From Eledone cirrhosa (taxonomy: Eukaryota): a DNA stretch of 64,000 nucleotides. Below the pieces are notes generated by a model that saw only the letters and a program-made list of their open reading frames with translations, was not told the origin of the DNA and ran no database searches. The position numbers and the translations under genes were made by a program. This document shows positions 59,554 through 64,000 of this stretch, piece after piece (positions within the stretch are counted from its first letter, which is position 1; every line of letters begins with the position of its first letter). The stretch lies in NCBI GenBank assembly GCA_964016885.1, contig OZ024751.1:42966001-43030000 (forward strand), given 5' to 3'.

Positions 59554-59972
59554 TGTGTGCGTGTGTGTGTGTGTGTGTGTTTAAATGCCGATTTGTGTTT
59601 GGGCATGTATTTAATGTGAATGTATGTGTTCTAATTTTTATTTTCTTCGTGAATTTTTTAAAAGTCTTTAATACACTTTGAAGCGTTTAAAATCCTTTGT
59701 TAATTTTTTTCTCCATTTTTACATTTTTTGTTCCAATGAAAATTCTTTAAGAAGCTTTGTACAGTAATTCGGATTACACAGTAAATCTTAACACATTTTA
59801 GTTATGGTGGAATGAAACAAAGGAAAAACAAGAAACAAACAGAAACTCTATAATAAAATTATTGTCAAATACAATAAGATGAAGATTACAAGTGGAAACT
59901 TTGACAGTCACGCACACACATATTTATACACACACAGGCATATCTATACACACACTTATACATATATTTCTT

Positions 59973-60036
<64 letters not shown>

Positions 60037-60052
60037 GTATATATATATGTAT

Positions 60053-60127
<75 letters not shown>

Positions 60128-60134
60128 TATAGTT

Positions 60135-60181
<47 letters not shown>

Positions 60182-60267
60182 GTATATATATAATATATAT
60201 ATATTATATATATATGTATATATATAATACATATATATATTATATATATATGTATATATATAATATA

Positions 60268-60361
<94 letters not shown>

Positions 60362-60378
60362 ATATATATATATACATC

Positions 60379-60413
<35 letters not shown>

Positions 60414-60726
60414 CATATATATGTATATATAATATATATAAATATAGTCAGTAAATAGAGAGTAAAAGAAATTTCCCCATTATAGCTTTGACGAAAATTG
60501 TCTTGACATAAATGTTTAGTTTCAAAATAATGCCTTTATATTTTTAGTTAAAATACTCTAAAAGAGAACTAAATACTTGTGGGTTGAGTGGAGAATATTT
60601 TGGTTATGTAGAAAAATGTGACAGTGACTTCCAGAGTAGAAACATAGTTATTCAATTTAACCCAACACACGTAAATGGTTGCCTTCAATCTATACCCAAC
60701 TCAAGTTTCTGCCACACTTAATGCAG

Positions 60727-60785
<59 letters not shown>

Positions 60786-60790
<5 letters not shown>

Positions 60791-61078
60791 AAAAAGAGAT
60801 GAAATCGAAAATGCAACTGGAGTCTTATTTTTTTTTTAAATATATATATTTATTTGGTTCCTTTACCGGTTTCGCAGTTCTTCTGCTTTTCAAAACCACA
60901 GACCCTCCATCTCAACTCACCTTTTGAAAAGCAGAAGAACTGCGAAACCGGTAAAGGAACCAAATAAATATATATATTTTTCTTAAAAATAAGACTTCAG
61001 TTGCATTTTCGATTTCATCTCTTTTTCTTTATACTTTCACTCGTGTAGTTATTTTTCATTTTGTAAAAAAAACCTCAC

Positions 61079-61086
<8 letters not shown>
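60786..61086 (+). mobile_element. (TA)n-embedded fold-back element
   Basis: Arms ~60786-60895 / 60922-61032. Confidence 0.8.
60920..60957 (+). ncRNA. Minimal type-I hammerhead, U3:A8 variant
   Basis: CCTT-TTGAAAA-GCAG AAGAA CTGC-GAA-ACCGGT-A-AAGG. Confidence 0.75.
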
Positions 61087-61163
<77 letters not shown>

Positions 61164-61193
61164 TTATTTCGGGTTGAATCGGAAGTAACCACA

Positions 61194-61246
61194 GAGATTC
61201 CTGATGATTTCTAAAGAATGAAACAGTTCTAGTCCTGTAGAATCTC
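61194..61246 (+). ncRNA. Type-I hammerhead ribozyme within insert 61162-61260
   Basis: GAGATTC-CTGATGA-TTTC TAAA GAAT-GAA-ACAG TTCTAGTC CTGT-A-GAATCTC. Confidence 0.8.
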
Positions 61247-61257
61247 ATCTATATTAA

Positions 61258-61306
<49 letters not shown>

Positions 61307-61310
<4 letters not shown>

Positions 61311-61687
61311 TAAAACTAAAAGAAAATAGTGACAAATTGTTCCCAGTAAAAAATAGTTTAATTAGGAATAAGTAAAAATTAGTAATAGTATTGGTAAGTA
61401 TTCAGTTTTGGTTTAAAGTTTTACCGGTTGCACATTTCTAATGCTTTTCAAAAATAATTTTGAGATAGAGTGTCCGTGCTGTTTGCTCTGATCTGGAGCA
61501 AACAGCACGGACACTCTATCTCAAAATTATTTTTGAAAAGCATTTAGAAATGCGCAACCGGTAAAAACTTAAAAACTTAAAACCACAACTGAATACTAAC
61601 CCATACAATCACTAATACTCTTTTATTCCTAATTAAACCATTTTTCAACTGTGAACAATTTGTCAGCATTTTCTATTCCGTTTACCA

Positions 61688-61688
<1 letters not shown>
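61307..61688 (+). mobile_element. (TA)n-embedded ~190-bp-arm palindrome with atypical hammerhead-like motif
   Basis: Centre GCTC TGATCTG GAGC; 61530-61566: TTT-TTGAAAA-GCATTT AG AAATGC-GCA-ACCGGT-A-AAA. Confidence 0.7.
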
Positions 61689-61721
<33 letters not shown>

Positions 61722-62003
61722 TATTCAAAATGTTAATAAATGAAAAATATTCTCATAATCAAAATATATATTTTATTATACATATTTCAAAGGTACAATG
61801 GTGTTTAAGTACGTTTTCATCAGACAAAATATATGATTTGATATGTGACATACCACTACCGTTTTGATTATTCAATTCCAGTATATATATAAGTTTATCC
61901 CGGGTTCAATCGGGGGTAACCACAGTAAGTAAGGTACTCAATACATAGCGGAGTATAAATATTTAATATAGAAATGGCTTCTACAGGACTAGAATTGTTT
62001 CAG

Positions 62004-62054
62004 GGCTTCCTGATGATTTCTCCCGAATGAAACAGATCTAGTCCTGTAGAAGCC
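62004..62054 (+). ncRNA. Type-I hammerhead ribozyme within fold-back insert 61891-62065
   Basis: GGCTTC-CTGATGA-TTTC TCCC GAAT-GAA-ACAG ATCTAGTC CTGT-A-GAAGCC. Confidence 0.8.
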
Positions 62055-62149
62055 ATTTCTATATTATATATATATATTGGGGGTTTATCGAAGTCATATG
62101 ATTATACGACAGCAAAACGGGTTGATATGTCTTGGTTAACCCGATCAAC

Positions 62150-62518
62150 AAATAATTGTTTCTACTTTAGGCACAAGGCCAGCAATTATCCCAGTACATT
62201 ACTGGTACTTTATTTTATCGACCCCGTAAGGATGAAAGGCAAACTCAACCTCGACGGGATTTCAACTCAGAATGGCAAGGGCCGTAACTCTATGCGTCAA
62301 AGCATGGTGTCCGACCCTTTACCGATTCTGCCAATCCACCGCCCCGATCAACATATAATTGTTTCTACTTTAGGCACAAGGCCAGCAATTACCCCAGTGC
62401 ATTACTGGTACTTTATTTTATCGACCCCCGTAAGGATGAAAGGCAAAGTCAACCTCGGCGGGATTTGAACTCAGATCGTAAAGGGACGTAACTATAACTC
62501 TACCGATACTGCCAATCC
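62150..62518 (-). mobile_element. Two tandem SINE copies
   Basis: Reverse-complement cores; short-tail variant. Confidence 0.85.
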
Positions 62519-62640
62519 ATAATGATACATGAATTGGGTTCGCTGCTCCTGGGGGACAGTTAATAATTGGAAAGGGGTGTGAAATGTATTTTGAAATAGC
62601 TGTGAACAGACAGCAAAGACTATAAAGGGATTGCAAACGA

Positions 62641-63178
62641 TTGATGATGAAGATGATGATGGTGATGATGATGATGAAGAAGAAGAAGAAGAAGAAGAAG
62701 AAGAAGAAGAAGAAGAAGAAGAATTTTAGAAAAAAAAACAATGACGAAGAAAAATATATGAACAACGACAACAACAACAACAACAACAATAATAATAATA
62801 ATTAAAAAAATAATAATAATAATAACAACAACAATAATAACAACAACAACAACAATAAGGATAATAATGATAATAATAATAACAATAATAACAACAACAA
62901 CAATAATGATAATAATAATAACAATAATAACAACAACAACAATAATGATAATAATAATAACAATAATAACAACAACAACAATAATGATAATAATAATAAT
63001 AATAATAATAACAATAATAACAACAACAACAATAATGATAATGATAATAATAATAACAATAATAACAACAACAACAATAAGGATAATAATGATAATAATA
63101 ATAACAATGATAACAACAACAACAATAAGGATAATAATTATAATAATAATAACAATAATAACAACAACAACAATAATG

Positions 63179-63218
<40 letters not shown>

Positions 63219-63318
63219 TAATAACAACAACAACAATAATGATAATAATAATAACAATAATAACAATAATAACAATAAGGATAATAATGATAATAATGAA
63301 AACAATGATAATAATAAT

Positions 63319-63354
<36 letters not shown>

Positions 63355-63360
63355 AATAAT
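62641..63360. repeat. (GAT)(GAA)(AAT/AAC) trinucleotide array
   Basis: Direct reading. Confidence 0.9.
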
Positions 63361-63734
63361 GGGACGAAAAAAAAAAATGAAAGAAAAGCAGAAGCGTGTG
63401 AAGTTGAAGGAGAAGAAAGTTGAATGGCGGTAAAGAATGTGAAGAATGGACGCTCTGACATGGCGGTCCATAGAGAAAGTTCAATGAAATAGTACTTCAC
63501 ATCTTAAGTGGATGTATAAAGAAAGAAAAATCGATAATATCGGATGGCAGCAGTGTTAAGCAAGAACTGAGAAACGTGGCCCACATGACGTCAGCAGATA
63601 TCAACAACCATTTACAAACTGACTTAGTATTGTGGGAATGTAAACATATGGCCGATGGCTTTTGTCGTCCATTGTTTTTTTATAAACTATATAAACATGT
63701 TTCTATATATGTATGTGTATGTTTGTGTGTATGC

Positions 63735-63791
<57 letters not shown>

Positions 63792-64000
63792 TGTGTGGAG
63801 TATGAGTGTGTGGAGTATGTGTGTGTGTGTGTGGAGGGTGTGTGTGTGTGTTTAGTGTGTACGCGTGTGTAGAGCGTGTGTGTGTGGAGTGTGTGTGTGG
63901 GGGTGGTATGTGTGCGGGTGTGTGGGGGGGGTCTGTGGGGGTGGAGTGTGTGTGTGTGTGTGAGTGTGTGTTGTGTGTGTGTGTGTATGAATATGTATAT

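Noticed and set aside
63400-63660. Possible promoter (ATGGCGG motifs, TGACGTCA) or ORF
   Set aside because: Short motifs without transcript evidence; peptide unrecognisable.

Overview
AT-rich, microsatellite-saturated eukaryotic DNA with no recognisable protein-coding gene. The six-frame ORFs are almost all translations of simple repeats. The SINE repertoire and repeat load suggest an octopus or other coleoid cephalopod (inference). A ~10.2-kb block is duplicated across a 200-N gap (16091-26286 vs 26487-36873), most likely two unmerged haplotypes. The main signal is about 20 short non-coding inserts from roughly ten unrelated families, nearly all embedded in (TA)n tracts. They share a fold-back (inverted) 5' segment and, where complete, a circularly permuted or partial-tandem monomer of 527-595 bp. 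Most carry a full or partial minimal type-I hammerhead ribozyme, often with a palindromic stem III, and three families have a compensated U3:A8 core. They look like non-autonomous Penelope-like/retrozyme-like elements; no autonomous RT or GIY-YIG ORF is present. Also seen: a tRNA-Asp 5' fragment fused to one hammerhead element, a TIR element carrying two convergent tRNA-like units, RTE remnants, MITEs and a SINE-derived 82-bp minisatellite. All ribozyme folds were derived by eye and are untested.
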